From an uncultured archaeon (GTDB taxonomy: Archaea > Iainarchaeota > Iainarchaeia > Iainarchaeales > CSSED10-239): DNA of 11,740 nt. Positions within the stretch are counted from its first letter, which is position 1. Each line of letters begins with the position of its first letter. Made by a program: the position numbers and the translations under genes. Shown piece after piece: positions 5,695 to 11,740 of the stretch. Location: positions 1 through 11,740 of the forward strand of contig CAYXWT010000023.1 of NCBI GenBank assembly GCA_964468895.1, given 5' to 3'. The notes beneath the pieces were generated by a model, which was given only the letters and a program-made list of their open reading frames with translations, was not told the DNA's origin and searched no databases.

Positions 5695-6375
5695 TTAGTG
5701 TTTTCGTCCTAATGTACTACTTATTTTATATGCTAATTTAGCTATAGGCATAGTTTGTAAACATATTTTTCCAGGACCTGAAAGTGTTGCTAAAAATAAT
5801 CCTTCTCCACCAAATAGCATATTTTTTACACCTTTTACAGCAGCAATATCATAAGTTACTGTGTCTTCAAAATATGCAATGTGGCCAGGATCTATTTTTA
5901 AAGTTTGTCCTTCTTCAAGATTAATTTCAATTAAATCACCACAGATTTCTAAAAAAACATAACCGGTACCACTTATTTTTTGAAGAATAAATCCTTCGCC
6001 TCCAAAAAATCCTGCTCCTAATTTTTTGTTAAACTTAATATCTAGGTTAACTGTTTCTTGAGCTACCATAAATGCATCTTTTTGTGCAATTATTGTCTTT
6101 GTACCATCTAATTGAATAGGTACTATTTTTCCAGGAAATTCAGAAGGAAAAGAAATCATACCTTGTCCATCTTCACAACTATAAGTATTCATAAAAAAAG
6201 ATTCTCCAGAGAGTAATCTTCCAAAGGCTTTTCCAACTCCTCCTTTAGTGTTAGTTTCCATTTTTATGTTTGTACTCATCCAACCCATGCCACCGCCTTC
6301 AGTATATAATGAATCTCCTTTTTGTAAGATTACATCTAAGGTTTGCATAGATTCTCCTCTTATTTTAAATTCCAT
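5695..6375 (-). CDS. TIGR00266 / AIM24 (DUF124) family protein
   Basis: GAGGTGA box 4 nt before the ATG. The sequence is characteristic of the family: GGGMGWMS, GESFFMNTY, GAGFFGGEGFILQKISGTG, DPGHIAYFE and NMLFGGEGLFLATLSGPGKICLQTMP. Confidence 0.88.
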   Translation of the reverse strand: MEFKIRGESMQTLDVILQKGDSLYTEGGGMGWMSTNIKMETNTKGGVGKAFGRLLSGESFFMNTYSCEDGQGMISFPSEFPGKIVPIQLDGTKTIIAQKDAFMVAQETVNLDIKFNKKLGAGFFGGEGFILQKISGTGYVFLEICGDLIEINLEEGQTLKIDPGHIAYFEDTVTYDIAAVKGVKNMLFGGEGLFLATLSGPGKICLQTMPIAKLAYKISSTLGRKH

Positions 6376-6653
6376 TTTTTCACCTCTAAATTATATTTAT
6401 TAAAATTAATACTAATTTTATTATTACTTCTTTTTTTAAATGCATTTCTTTTTTATAAATTAGAATTTAGGGTTGGATTTTATTATTTTATAGCTTTGTA
6501 AAAAAATTAAACTTAATATTTACAATTGTGTAATTATAATACGAAATAGTCATACCTAATTTAAGTATTTAATTAAATTTATTTTAATATATAGATTATA
6601 AAATTTAGATTGTAAGATTTATTAAAAATAGTTATATCTAGTTTTCTAAAGCA

Positions 6654-6701
6654 ATCAAATTCAAGATTTGATATGATTGTGTTTTATAGTTTCAAATCTT
6701 G
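6654..6701 (-). terminator. Hairpin-forming region downstream of the ABC-2 permease gene; possible terminator
   Basis: CAAGATTTGA (6662-6671) is the exact reverse complement of TCAAATCTTG (6692-6701), with a 20-nt loop. An overlapping alternative hairpin is ATCAAAT-TCAAG-ATTTGAT (6654-6672). It lies 33 nt past the stop at 6734 on the minus strand, and T-rich sequence lies beyond it. Confidence 0.3.
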
Positions 6702-6733
6702 CATCTAATGTTTTTTATAGTATTTGATTTTAT

Positions 6734-7480
6734 TTAAGTTTCTATTTTATTAAATAATTTTGTACCTATTATTCCTAATATTATTATTAATAAAATTAAA
6801 ATTCCTAAACTTAAGAACATATTAATTTTATAACTAACTCCTAAACTAAATTTTAATATGTTTACAGCATAAGTAAAAGGATTTATTTTAATTAATAATT
6901 GAATAATTTTAGGGAAATTATTTACTGGAAATAAAGCACCTGAAATAAAAATCATTGGCATAATTAATACATTCATTATTATTGGAAATGATTGCATATC
7001 ATCAAATTTAGAAGCAATACTAGTTCCAAGTAAATTAAATAAAAGTGAAATTATAAACATAAATATTATACATATTGGGAATAGGAACCAGTTTACAATT
7101 CTAAAACCCATAATAAATCCTAAAAATAATACTATTATTCCTTGAATGGTGCTTGTAGTAGCTCCACCTAGACATCTACCAAATAATAAACTGGATCTAG
7201 ATACAGGTGCTACTAATGTTTCTTTTAAAAATCCAAATTGTTTATCCCAAATCAAAGACATTCCGTTCATTGTTGAACTCATAAGAATTGTCATTCCAAC
7301 TATTCCAGGAATTAAAAATTGTATATAATTTCCATTACCTACTTGTTCAAACATACCTCCTATTCCAAAACCAAAGGCTATTAAAAATAATAATGGTTGT
7401 ATTAATGTTACTAGTAATCTTTGTTTATTTCTGAAATATTCTTTAATTTGTCTGTGCCACATGACAGTTAATGCATTCAT
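6734..7480 (-). CDS. ABC-2 type transporter permease
   Basis: The protein has about six hydrophobic segments after an N-terminal MWHRQIKEYFRNKQRL cytoplasmic stretch, which is typical of ABC-2 (DrrB/NodJ-like) exporter permeases. Its ATG overlaps the stop codon of the upstream ATPase gene (ATGA, 7477-7480). Confidence 0.85.
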   Translation of the reverse strand: MNALTVMWHRQIKEYFRNKQRLLVTLIQPLLFLIAFGFGIGGMFEQVGNGNYIQFLIPGIVGMTILMSSTMNGMSLIWDKQFGFLKETLVAPVSRSSLLFGRCLGGATTSTIQGIIVLFLGFIMGFRIVNWFLFPICIIFMFIISLLFNLLGTSIASKFDDMQSFPIIMNVLIMPMIFISGALFPVNNFPKIIQLLIKINPFTYAVNILKFSLGVSYKINMFLSLGILILLIIILGIIGTKLFNKIET

Positions 7481-8259
7481 TTTCTAAACCTTTTTCTCAT
7501 TTGTTCTATATTACTTCCTGATTGTTCTCTAATATCATAGCCTGTTAATTTTAAAAATGCATTTTCAAGAGTATCTGTTTTTGTAGTTTTTTTAATATAT
7601 TTTGAAGTTCCTTCTATTAATATTTTTCCATTATCAATTATTGCAATTTTAGTTGCTATTTTTTCAGCTTCATCTAAATTGTGTGTTGTAAAAAAGATTG
7701 TTATTTTTTGTTTTTTATTTATTTTTTTAATTTGATCCCAAAGAAAAGCTCTTGTTTGAACATCTAAACCTAAAGTTGGTTCATCAAGAAATAATATTTT
7801 TGGAGAATGAAGAAGTCCTCTTGCAATTTCAACTCTTCTTTTCATTCCTCCAGAAAACTTTTTTACAAGTTCATCTTTTCTTTCAAGTAAACCTATATTA
7901 TCTAACATTTTTTCAATTTTATTTTTAATTTCTTTCTTTGGAATTCCATATAAACTTGCATGATAATAAAGATTTTCATAAGCTGTAAGATCATCATCTA
8001 AAGTTGGATCTTGGAAAATAACACCAATTGATTTTCTTACATTTTTTTCTTCTTTGGCTGTATTAAATCCAGCTATAGTTATAGAACCAGTAGTAGGTTT
8101 TGAAATTGTTGTCATCATTTTTATGGTTGTTGATTTTCCTGCTCCATTAGGACCTAGAAAAGCAAAGATTTCACCATCATTAACTTTAAAATTAATATTA
8201 TCTATTGCTATAAACTTTTTAAATTTTTTACTTAAATTAATTACATTTATTGCGATCAT
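7477..8259 (-). CDS. ABC transporter ATP-binding protein (ABC-2/DrrA-like exporter ATPase)
   Basis: Motifs present are Walker A GPNGAGKST, the Q-loop FQDPTL, the signature FSGGMKRRVEIA, Walker B ILFLDEPTLGLD and the H-loop TTHNLDEAE. An AGGTAAT box lies upstream. Confidence 0.93.
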   Translation of the reverse strand: MIAINVINLSKKFKKFIAIDNINFKVNDGEIFAFLGPNGAGKSTTIKMMTTISKPTTGSITIAGFNTAKEEKNVRKSIGVIFQDPTLDDDLTAYENLYYHASLYGIPKKEIKNKIEKMLDNIGLLERKDELVKKFSGGMKRRVEIARGLLHSPKILFLDEPTLGLDVQTRAFLWDQIKKINKKQKITIFFTTHNLDEAEKIATKIAIIDNGKILIEGTSKYIKKTTKTDTLENAFLKLTGYDIREQSGSNIEQMRKRFRK

Positions 8260-8302
8260 ATTTTATTACCTTTTTATAATTTAGATTTTTTAGAAATAGT
8301 TA

Positions 8303-8602
8303 TTATTTTTTTAAAAATTTAAATTCTCCACCTTCAATTTTAATTGCTTTACCGTTAACTAATGCATTTGCTATTTTCTGTCTAGCACTTAAAACTAATC
8401 TATGAAAAGTAGGTTGAGAAATTTCCATCTTTTTTGCACATTCATTTTGATCTAATTGTTTACAATCTTTTAATCTTATAGACTCTAATTCTACATAACT
8501 TAAACATATTTCTTCTAGTTCTCTGATAGGAACTCCTGCAGGTTTAAAATAAGTTATATCGGGTTTATTTCTTATTCTTCTAAATCTTCTAGGTCTAGGC
8601 AT
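8303..8602 (-). CDS. DUF134 / UPF0251 family predicted DNA-binding protein
   Basis: The N-terminus MPRPRRFRRI....YFKPAGVP and the helix-turn-helix region ECAKKMEISQPTFHRLVLSARQKIA are the hallmark of the family. Its start overlaps the upstream P-loop gene by 8 nt. Confidence 0.88.
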   Translation of the reverse strand: MPRPRRFRRIRNKPDITYFKPAGVPIRELEEICLSYVELESIRLKDCKQLDQNECAKKMEISQPTFHRLVLSARQKIANALVNGKAIKIEGGEFKFLKK

Positions 8603-9113
8603 AATATATCTTCTTTTTTAATTTTTTTATAAAAATAATTTCATCTTTTTTATTTTTAATTTCTATATATTTTTTTTTAATTTTATCTAAACAATGTTTA
8701 TGTTCATAATAATAAGACATTTTTTTATTAAAATCATAATTTGATGCATTTTTAATAAAATTTATTCTTTGTTTAATATTGGATTTGTATTTTTTAAATA
8801 AAATGTTTTTAAGTTCTCTTTTAATAAGTCTAAATATAATTTTGTATTTGTTAATATTAAGCCAAACAATTGTATCAGCTTTTTCAAGAGCTTTTTTATT
8901 CCATTTAGTATATACACCTTCAATAATCCAATCTTTATTTTTAATAATTTTATTAAATTCTTTATTTCTATGTTCTTCTGTATTACATGTAGTAAATTTT
9001 ATTTTCCAATAGATGTTATCTAAATCAAAATATTTTATTTTTAGTATTTTACTTATTTTTTTTGCAAGTGTAGTTTTACCAGATCCAGATGCACCTATTA
9101 TATATATTTTCAT
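8595..9113 (-). CDS. Small P-loop NTPase, adenylate-kinase-like / topology-modulation (FlaR-like) family
   Basis: An N-terminal Walker A, MKIYIIGASGSGKTTLAKK, is followed by YFDLDNIYW and DWIIEGVY. This is the pattern of short nucleoside/nucleotide-kinase-fold proteins. The stop codon is TAG at 8595-8597. Confidence 0.75.
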   Translation of the reverse strand: MKIYIIGASGSGKTTLAKKISKILKIKYFDLDNIYWKIKFTTCNTEEHRNKEFNKIIKNKDWIIEGVYTKWNKKALEKADTIVWLNINKYKIIFRLIKRELKNILFKKYKSNIKQRINFIKNASNYDFNKKMSYYYEHKHCLDKIKKKYIEIKNKKDEIIFIKKLKKKIYYA

Positions 9114-9163
9114 AATTTTTCTTTTTCATTGTTACTTAAAAAATATTCTATAATTTATTACTT

Positions 9164-9502
9164 TTAGTGATTACAACTTTGTTGTATGTCTTCTAAATTA
9201 TTTATATTTTCTATAACTTCAGATAATTTAGTATAGTTTCCTTTTTTAAGTTTTATATTTTTTTCTTTAAATAAATTAATTGCTCTTTGGCCTATACCTA
9301 AAGTAAAAACTAAATCTATATTATATTTTGAAACTTGATCAACAGGAGTTAAGTCTTTACTAGTATGATTAATATCATTTTCAATATATTCTATATTTTT
9401 GGTGTTATAATCATAGATTGCAAAGTATTTACAATATCCAAAATGTTCACTTAAATCTGATTCTAATTGTTTATTATTATCTAAAGCTATTAATATCTTC
9501 AT
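9164..9502 (-). CDS. NifX/NifB-type (Nitro_FeMo-Co, dinitrogenase FeMo-cofactor-binding fold) protein, copy 2
   Basis: AGGAGA box upstream. The sequence MKILIAL...SEHFGYCKYFAIYD...IDLVFTLGIGQRAINLFKEKNIKL matches the usual HFG..xxF.iyd / G.G..a...l layout of this small domain family. Confidence 0.8.
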   Translation of the reverse strand: MKILIALDNNKQLESDLSEHFGYCKYFAIYDYNTKNIEYIENDINHTSKDLTPVDQVSKYNIDLVFTLGIGQRAINLFKEKNIKLKKGNYTKLSEVIENINNLEDIQQSCNH

Positions 9503-9548
9503 ATTTTTCTTTCTCCTAATTTTTATTATTTAATTCAGTAATTTATTT

Positions 9549-9851
9549 TTAAATTTCTTCTAAAACTTCTTGAATAGTTTTATTTTGAATTTCTTTAAAT
9601 TTCAGATTTTTATCATTTATTGCTGAAATCATATTTGATCCAAATTTACCACAAATGATAAGATCTATGTTTTTATCATTTAACATTTCAACAACACTAA
9701 AACCAGCACCACCTCCGCCAACTGCAAAAGGATTTTTTAGTGCTTCTATTAGTTTTTTATCTTCAAATACAAGATAGTAATCAGCTCTTCCTCCTCTATT
9801 ACTTATTATTGAATTTAAATCGTTTTTATCACTAGCTATTGCGATTTTCAT
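9549..9851 (-). CDS. NifX/NifB-type (Nitro_FeMo-Co fold) protein, copy 1
   Basis: MKIAIASD...GGRADYYLVFE...GGGGAGFSVVEMLNDKNIDLIICGKFGSNMISAINDKNLKF matches the family layout. Its ATG overlaps the stop codon of the upstream permease gene (ATGA, 9848-9851). A GGAGAT box lies upstream. Confidence 0.8.
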   Translation of the reverse strand: MKIAIASDKNDLNSIISNRGGRADYYLVFEDKKLIEALKNPFAVGGGGAGFSVVEMLNDKNIDLIICGKFGSNMISAINDKNLKFKEIQNKTIQEVLEEI

Positions 9852-10351
9852 ATTTTCATCTCCACTATTTTTTCTACAACTATTCCTTGTATTATAGATA
9901 TAATTATCATAACACTCATTAGAACTATTGCATATGTTACACTAAAGTATAATATTATTATTGGTAATATTGGTATTTTTATTGATCTATTATAAAGAAA
10001 TGTTGCGATATATGCATCTCTAGCACCTTCTTTTTTAAGATCTTTAAGTAATGGATACCACATGTATATTGGACCAGTTGAAATAACTCCTCCTAAAATG
10101 GATATTAACCATCCTTTAATTCCAGAGTTTTTTCCTAAATATTTTGAGATTGTTTTTGGTTTTATAAAATAATCTGCAATAACCATTAATATAAATATTA
10201 TTATAAAAACATAGTATATATTTGAAAATATACTTAAAAATTTATTTAAAACTAAAATAAATTTGCTTTTATTAATAATAAGTAAGATTAAATATAAAAT
10301 TATTACAAAACCAAGAAAAAATAAACTTTTATTATCTTTATAATTAATCAT
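9848..10351 (-). CDS. Integral membrane protein, second half of a split permease (ArsP_1/COG0701-like predicted permease)
   Basis: The protein is strongly hydrophobic, with about 4-5 helices. The motif TGPIYMWYPLLKDLKKEGARDAYIATFLYNR parallels the motif in the preceding gene product. Its start overlaps the upstream gene (ATGA, 10348-10351). Confidence 0.7.
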   Translation of the reverse strand: MINYKDNKSLFFLGFVIILYLILLIINKSKFILVLNKFLSIFSNIYYVFIIIFILMVIADYFIKPKTISKYLGKNSGIKGWLISILGGVISTGPIYMWYPLLKDLKKEGARDAYIATFLYNRSIKIPILPIIILYFSVTYAIVLMSVMIIISIIQGIVVEKIVEMKI

Positions 10352-10767
10352 ATTATATTCACCACTGTAACTGTTATAATTGCTACAATTATTGAAAATA
10401 CAAAATTACTTATATTTCTAACTATTGCAAACTTTTTTCCAAGTAAAACAATTTCAGCTGGTAACTGTACAATTCCAACAGTAACCCATGCAACTAGAAA
10501 AGCAGTTATTGCAACTAAACTGATTCCTTGTTTTAATAGTTCTCCACCTATTATGTAACTAGTAATTGGATTTCCTGCTGCAACACTTCCAATTCCAGCA
10601 CCTATTATAGTATCTATAAAACCACCACTAAATAATAATTTAATAGTTTCACTAGGTATTAATATATCTACTAAACTAACTAAAAGTATTATTGAAAAAA
10701 TCATTGGTAAGGAATTTAGTATTCCTTTTAAAGATTTTTTAATAGATATTTTTAATTTTTTGTTCAT
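10348..10767 (-). CDS. Integral membrane protein, first half of a split permease (ArsP_1/COG0701-like predicted permease)
   Basis: The protein is hydrophobic, with about 4 helices. The motif AGNPITSYIIGGELLKQGISLVAITAFLVAW resembles the repeat unit of predicted-permease families, in which a CSCG-type loop usually precedes a ..kG.s.g...aFL segment. No cysteines are present here. An AGGT box lies upstream. Confidence 0.7.
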   Translation of the reverse strand: MNKKLKISIKKSLKGILNSLPMIFSIILLVSLVDILIPSETIKLLFSGGFIDTIIGAGIGSVAAGNPITSYIIGGELLKQGISLVAITAFLVAWVTVGIVQLPAEIVLLGKKFAIVRNISNFVFSIIVAIITVTVVNII

Positions 10768-10920
10768 AATTTTAACCTGTATTTTTTTAGTTAATTTTTT
10801 TAAAAGTTTAATTTAATTTTTATTTTTTTATATCTTTAAGAGATTATAATATTTATATATGTATTTGTGATTTTAATATTATGTTTTTATAATTTTAAAT
10901 ATTTGTAGTTGTAATTTTTA

Positions 10921-10946
10921 AATAAAAAAAAAGAAAGATAAAAGAT
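10921..10946 (-). terminator. Oligo-T tract immediately after the DUF5320-like gene
   Basis: The minus strand reads TAA-atcttttatctttcTTTTTTTTTatt, where the T9 corresponds to the A9 at 10924-10932 on the plus strand. This suggests the small gene is transcribed separately from the permease operon, which starts about 180 bp further on. Confidence 0.4.
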
Positions 10947-11117
10947 TTATTGTGTATTGTTTCTAAATCTTCCACCTAATCTTCTACCCATTCCATTTCT
11001 TTTACCAAAATTGCTTGTGTCTGTAGTAGTATTTTTGTTATTTGGATTACATTTTCCAAGACCTCTTCCAGTCATAGGTCCTTTTCCATCTGGTCCTGTT
11101 TTATCTTCTCTAGGCAT
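10947..11117 (-). CDS. DUF5320-family small protein (56 aa), not in the ORF track
   Basis: I translated the minus strand by hand, codon by codon: MPREDKTGPDGKGPMTGRGLGKCNPNNKNTTTDTSNFGKRNGMGRRLGGRFRNNTQ*. The N-terminus MPRxDxTGPxGxGPMTGRGxGxC is the DUF5320 signature as I know it. A GGAGG box (CGGAGGAATTATTATG) lies 7 nt upstream. DUF5320 commonly neighbours DUF134 and NifX-like genes. Confidence 0.8.
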   Translation of the reverse strand: MPREDKTGPDGKGPMTGRGLGKCNPNNKNTTTDTSNFGKRNGMGRRLGGRFRNNTQ

Positions 11118-11144
11118 AATAATTCCTCCGTATATTTTTTATTT

Positions 11145-11212
11145 TGAATCTATATTCAAAACTAACATAATTAGAGACCGAAGTCTTTTTAAAGGTATTG
11201 AATATATATTCA
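11145..11212. promoter_or_regulatory. Two copies of a 14-bp palindrome, TGAAT-N4-ATTCA, upstream of the DUF5320-like gene; candidate operator pair
   Basis: Site 1 is TGAATCTATATTCA (11145-11158), extended to TTTTGAAT-CTAT-ATTCAAAA at 11142-11161. Site 2 is TGAATATATATTCA (11199-11212). The two differ at one base, and their centres are 54 bp apart. Site 1 begins 28 nt upstream of the start codon. Confidence 0.5.
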
Positions 11213-11266
11213 CAACTGAGTTTAAATAATCACATTATCTTTTAGAAAATAAAAACTCTAAAGTAA

Positions 11267-11485
11267 CTTATAGTACTGGTTCTATTAAAAAAAGAAGATC
11301 TGGTTTATTATGATAACCAAGATATTTCTTTATTTTATAATATTGTTATAGATGTTGGTGGTATTGAATATAGTGGTAGTTTAAAGTCTGTAACTTATTC
11401 ATCTTTATATCTAAATCTATATTATTATGTTATTTACGATATAAGTGGTAATATGATTAATATAAAACATAATGATTTCGAATAA
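11267..11485 (+). pseudogene. 72-codon open frame without any ATG/GTG/TTG start; probable C-terminal gene remnant
   Basis: The frame reads LIVLVLLKKEDLVYYDNQDISLFYNIVIDVGGIEYSGSLKSVTYSSLYLNLYYYVIYDISGNMINIKHNDFE*, bounded by TAA at 11264 and TAA at 11483. At this base composition an open run of this length is unlikely by chance. The only in-frame ATG is 10 codons from the end. Confidence 0.3.
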
Positions 11486-11740
11486 TTAATAATTTTGTAT
11501 TATTTTATATATTTGTGATATTTTTAATTTATCTATCTTTAATGTGTTGATTATTAGTGAAAAACATTTATTACGCTTTTTTGGCTCTAAAAAGCTTTAA
11601 ATACGCTTCTACCTATTTTGGGTTATATGTTAACCCTAAATAATTTTCTAATATTAGAAATAGATTTTTTAATTTTATTTTAAAATATGGGCATCTAAGA
11701 ATCGAAAAACAGTTGCTAAATTATTGATCTTTATTAAATC

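Noticed and set aside
7146-7328. 60-aa plus-strand track ORF
   Set aside because: It lies antisense inside the ABC-2 permease gene, has no RBS and has no recognisable features. It is a shadow ORF.
8054-8284. 76-aa plus-strand track ORF
   Set aside because: It lies antisense to the Walker-A end of the ABC ATPase gene, whose motifs are unambiguous. It is a shadow ORF.
8779-9012. 77-aa plus-strand track ORF
   Set aside because: It lies antisense inside the P-loop NTPase gene. The hydrophobic L/I/F-rich product is what the complement of a K/N/E-rich gene yields.
9164-9851. Nitrogen-fixation (nif) locus
   Set aside because: Only the small NifX/NifB-type cofactor-binding fold is present. The window has no nifHDK or nifEN, and no radical-SAM NifB domain. 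Stand-alone proteins of this fold are common outside nif clusters.
10957-11229. 90-aa plus-strand track ORF
   Set aside because: Its product is L/P/F-rich and low-complexity, and there is no RBS. The opposite strand carries a DUF5320-like gene with a GGAGG box and a family-typical N-terminus, which explains the open frame.
11486-11740. About 250 bp with no ORF on either strand, containing a small hairpin (GGGTTA-tatgt-TAACCC, 11620-11636), a repeated TACGCTT and the AAAGCTTT palindrome. Considered as a possible ncRNA.
   Set aside because: The stems are short, there is no extended covarying structure I can fold by hand, and nothing resembles a known RNA family. It is more likely a promoter or intergenic region for a gene beyond the window edge.
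1-11740. CRISPR arrays, rRNA genes, IS elements and long direct repeats
   Set aside because: I saw no regularly spaced repeats of 25-40 bp, no GC-rich structured RNA stretches other than the two tRNAs, and no terminal inverted repeats flanking a transposase-like ORF.

Overview
This is a very AT-rich window (about one quarter G+C by eye) that is gene-dense and prokaryotic, most likely archaeal. The archaeal call rests on four things: two class-II tRNA-Leu genes with an archaeal/eukaryal-type CCGAGCGGTCAAAGG D-arm and no encoded CCA; GGTGAT/GGAG ribosome-binding boxes; ATGA-type gene overlaps; and an MJ0936-type phosphoesterase next to a DUF134/NifX-like/DUF5320 neighbourhood. The standard genetic code appears to be used (TAA, TAG and TGA all act as stops).

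Layout:
(1) 1-3656, + strand: a tandem array of at least five paralogous genes. One is cut by the left window edge, four are complete, and there is one decayed leader relic. They encode secreted, acidic, N/D/Y/S-rich proteins of about 250-300 aa. All share an MKxK...FLQ...(V/I)YA|E/Q signal peptide, internal PDSxVY and (I/V)DYSxxNDxLN(I/V)DKFxY islands, and a nearly invariant C-terminal YY(I/N)(D/N)G(Q/V)xY(K/R) tail. I recognise no characterised domain in them. This array is my main candidate for something undescribed.
(2) 3826-5347: two near-identical tRNA-Leu isoacceptors (UAA and CAA) bracket a metallophosphoesterase gene and a lysine-rich hypothetical gene.
(3) 5493-6375, - strand: a TIGR00266/AIM24-family gene, followed by a possible small membrane ORF that the ORF track does not list.
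(4) 6734-10767, - strand: a co-directional eight-gene block. In transcription order it encodes a split permease pair, two NifX/NifB-type (Nitro_FeMo-Co fold) proteins, a small P-loop kinase-like NTPase, a DUF134/UPF0251 DNA-binding protein, and an ABC-2 exporter (ATPase plus permease).
(5) 10947-11117, - strand: an unlisted 56-aa DUF5320-like gene that lies opposite a spurious 90-aa track ORF. Two nearly identical TGAAT-N4-ATTCA palindromes sit upstream of it.
(6) 11267-11485: an open frame with no start codon, probably a gene remnant, followed by about 250 bp with no convincing coding potential.

I saw no CRISPR array, rRNA, transposase or integrase.
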